Shown here: positions 62,401 through 64,000 of the stretch, one piece after another
How the letters are laid out: every line of letters starts with the position of its first letter
How positions within the stretch are numbered: the first letter of the stretch is position 1
Assembly (NCBI GenBank): GCA_964658305.1
Contig: OZ210885.1
Coordinates: 24,800,001 to 24,864,000 of the forward strand
Direction: 5' to 3'
Source of the DNA: Leptogorgia sarmentosa
Taxonomy: Eukaryota
DNA: 64,000 nt
The notes under the pieces: generated by a model
Told to the model about the DNA's origin: nothing
What the model saw: the letters and a program-made list of their open reading frames with translations, nothing else
Databases searched by the model: none
Position numbers and translations under genes: made by a program

Positions 62401-64000
62401 TATGGTGTCCCATTAGAGACATTCATTATTTCACAGTTTTTTCCAAAAAAAAAAGAATTTCTTTCTAAATTCTCATTTTGAAATTCTCGTTTTGAAGTAG
62501 TTGGGTTCAAAAAAAAATTAACTGATCTAAAATGAAATTTTACATGTCCCATTGGAGACATTGAAATATTCATACAAAACTCCCTAAATTGTGTGCCCGA
62601 AGATTAGCCTGAACATTCAGGTTGAGTAAAAACAAAAATGGCGGGTGTTCGTGGAGGATTATGGAAAGACGACATCGATCTTAAGATTGCATTGCAAGAT
62701 CTTGTTAAGAAAGATTATAAAAGGAGTGAAATTCTAGTAACTATACAAAAAGATTTTCCTCAATATACGTGGGGCTGTGTCAAAACCCTGGATCGCCGTC
62801 TCCGCCATTTTTCAATCAATTATATCGAATATGACACCCCTTTAGAAACAGTGCAGGATGCTATAGCGAAAGAACTCGAGGGACCAGGTTCTCTTTTGGG
62901 TGTGCGAGCCATGACAAAGAAGTTGAGAATGCATCATGACATCAAAGTTCCGAGAAATTTAGTTAATGCTGCCATGTTTGATGCTGATCCCGAAGGACTC
63001 GAGGATAGACGACCTGCCAACAGAAAGAAAAAACGGGATGGAAAATTTGTCACCATGGGAGTTAACTGGGCTTGGAGTCTCGACGGACATGACAAGCTAA
63101 TGGGGTTCCAGAACTGGACATTTCCTCTAGCAATCTATGGTTGCTATGATACTGCATCAAGGAAAGTGATTTTCATAAAAGTTTGGAAATCTAACTCAGA
63201 TCCCAATTTTGTAGGACGTTGGTATTTTGACCACCTTTATACATCGCAGCGTATCCCATCAAAATTAAGAGTTGATCGTGGCACTGAGACTGGTATTCTT
63301 GCAACACTACATGTATTTCTGCGGCGCAATCATGGAGATATGGCTCCTGAGGACACAGTTGAGTATGGACCGTCTACCAGCAATAGAATAGAGCGTTGGT
63401 GGCGCGAATTGCATGAGAGATTGGGCAAATTTTTTAAATTTCAGCTACAACAACTGCTGGAGCAAGGCTTGTATGATCGTGAAGATGAGAATGATCGCAA
63501 GATGTTGGCATATGTTTTTATCCCCATTGTGCAAAGAGAAATTGATCTGTTTGTTGATATGTGGAATAATTCACGAACCAGGTTTCAAAGAAACACTTTA
63601 ATGCCAGATGGAATCCCCAACGTTATTTATAACTCTCCAGAAGAGTATGGTTTGGAAGATAAAGGGTGGAATCTTAGTAGAGAAGAGCTTGCTGAAGCAG
63701 CTGAGGCCTCTGGGGTTCTTAATGTACCAGATGACTTTGTGGATGAAGCTTTCCGAGCTGAATGCTCACGTCACTTACCAGATGTTGAAAGTGTGCAAGC
63801 GAAAGATGCTGCTAGGAAATACATAGAATTACGAAACATTATGAAAGCATAAACAAGATATTCTAAATTTAGTCAGTAGTAAAACAAACTTGAAAGGCTA
63901 ATTGTGGCCAATTCATTGATAATATAACTTCTTATTTTAATTGTTTGTAAACAAAGGTTAGCTGTCACAACATTAATTCTGTGGAAATTAATGTATCCAT
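62401..64000 (+). mobile_element. IS3EU-like element 4, left part; continues beyond the window
   Basis: TATGG at 62401, with TGTCCCATTRGAGACATT repeated at ~62546. Transposase ATG lies 237 bp inside. Confidence 0.55.
62638..63852 (+). CDS. IS3/IS481-like DDE transposase, intronless and intact, divergent subfamily
   Basis: WSLDGHDKL, IYGCYDTASR, LRVDRGTE, NRIERWWREL, FVDMWNNSR. Helical/HTH N-terminus KTLDRRLRHF. Confidence 0.9.
   Translation: MAGVRGGLWKDDIDLKIALQDLVKKDYKRSEILVTIQKDFPQYTWGCVKTLDRRLRHFSINYIEYDTPLETVQDAIAKELEGPGSLLGVRAMTKKLRMHHDIKVPRNLVNAAMFDADPEGLEDRRPANRKKKRDGKFVTMGVNWAWSLDGHDKLMGFQNWTFPLAIYGCYDTASRKVIFIKVWKSNSDPNFVGRWYFDHLYTSQRIPSKLRVDRGTETGILATLHVFLRRNHGDMAPEDTVEYGPSTSNRIERWWRELHERLGKFFKFQLQQLLEQGLYDREDENDRKMLAYVFIPIVQREIDLFVDMWNNSRTRFQRNTLMPDGIPNVIYNSPEEYGLEDKGWNLSREELAEAAEASGVLNVPDDFVDEAFRAECSRHLPDVESVQAKDAARKYIELRNIMKA

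Overview
Eukaryotic animal DNA with spliceosomal introns, about 35-40% GC by eye; the repeat repertoire suggests a cnidarian-like invertebrate (inference only). The window is almost entirely nested transposable elements and I recognise no host housekeeping gene. Main observation: three distinct TIR-bounded DNA transposons (113-5741, 13771-19370, 19371-32877) each pair an IS3/IS481-like DDE transposase (IS3EU-like) with a convergent gene for a multidomain HECT E3 ubiquitin ligase. The ligases have a putative ubiquitin-like N-domain, a UBZ-type Zn finger, a CUE-like domain in two of three, and a HECT domain with its catalytic Cys. A fourth related transposase (62638-63852) and an orphan TATGG terminus (ending 33294) are also present. 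Other content: a Kolobok-like THAP transposase with a P2X7-ballast-like partner, a DINE/HINE-like element, a BEL/Pao LTR element carrying an in-frame LINE fragment, a Harbinger remnant, two hAT-type transposase pseudogenes, a 5'-inverted Penelope-like element with hammerhead ribozymes, an apparently intact DIRS1 element with a probable gag intron, a KDZ/CxC3 transposase fragment and several MITEs. All calls were made by eye from motifs; no database search was run.
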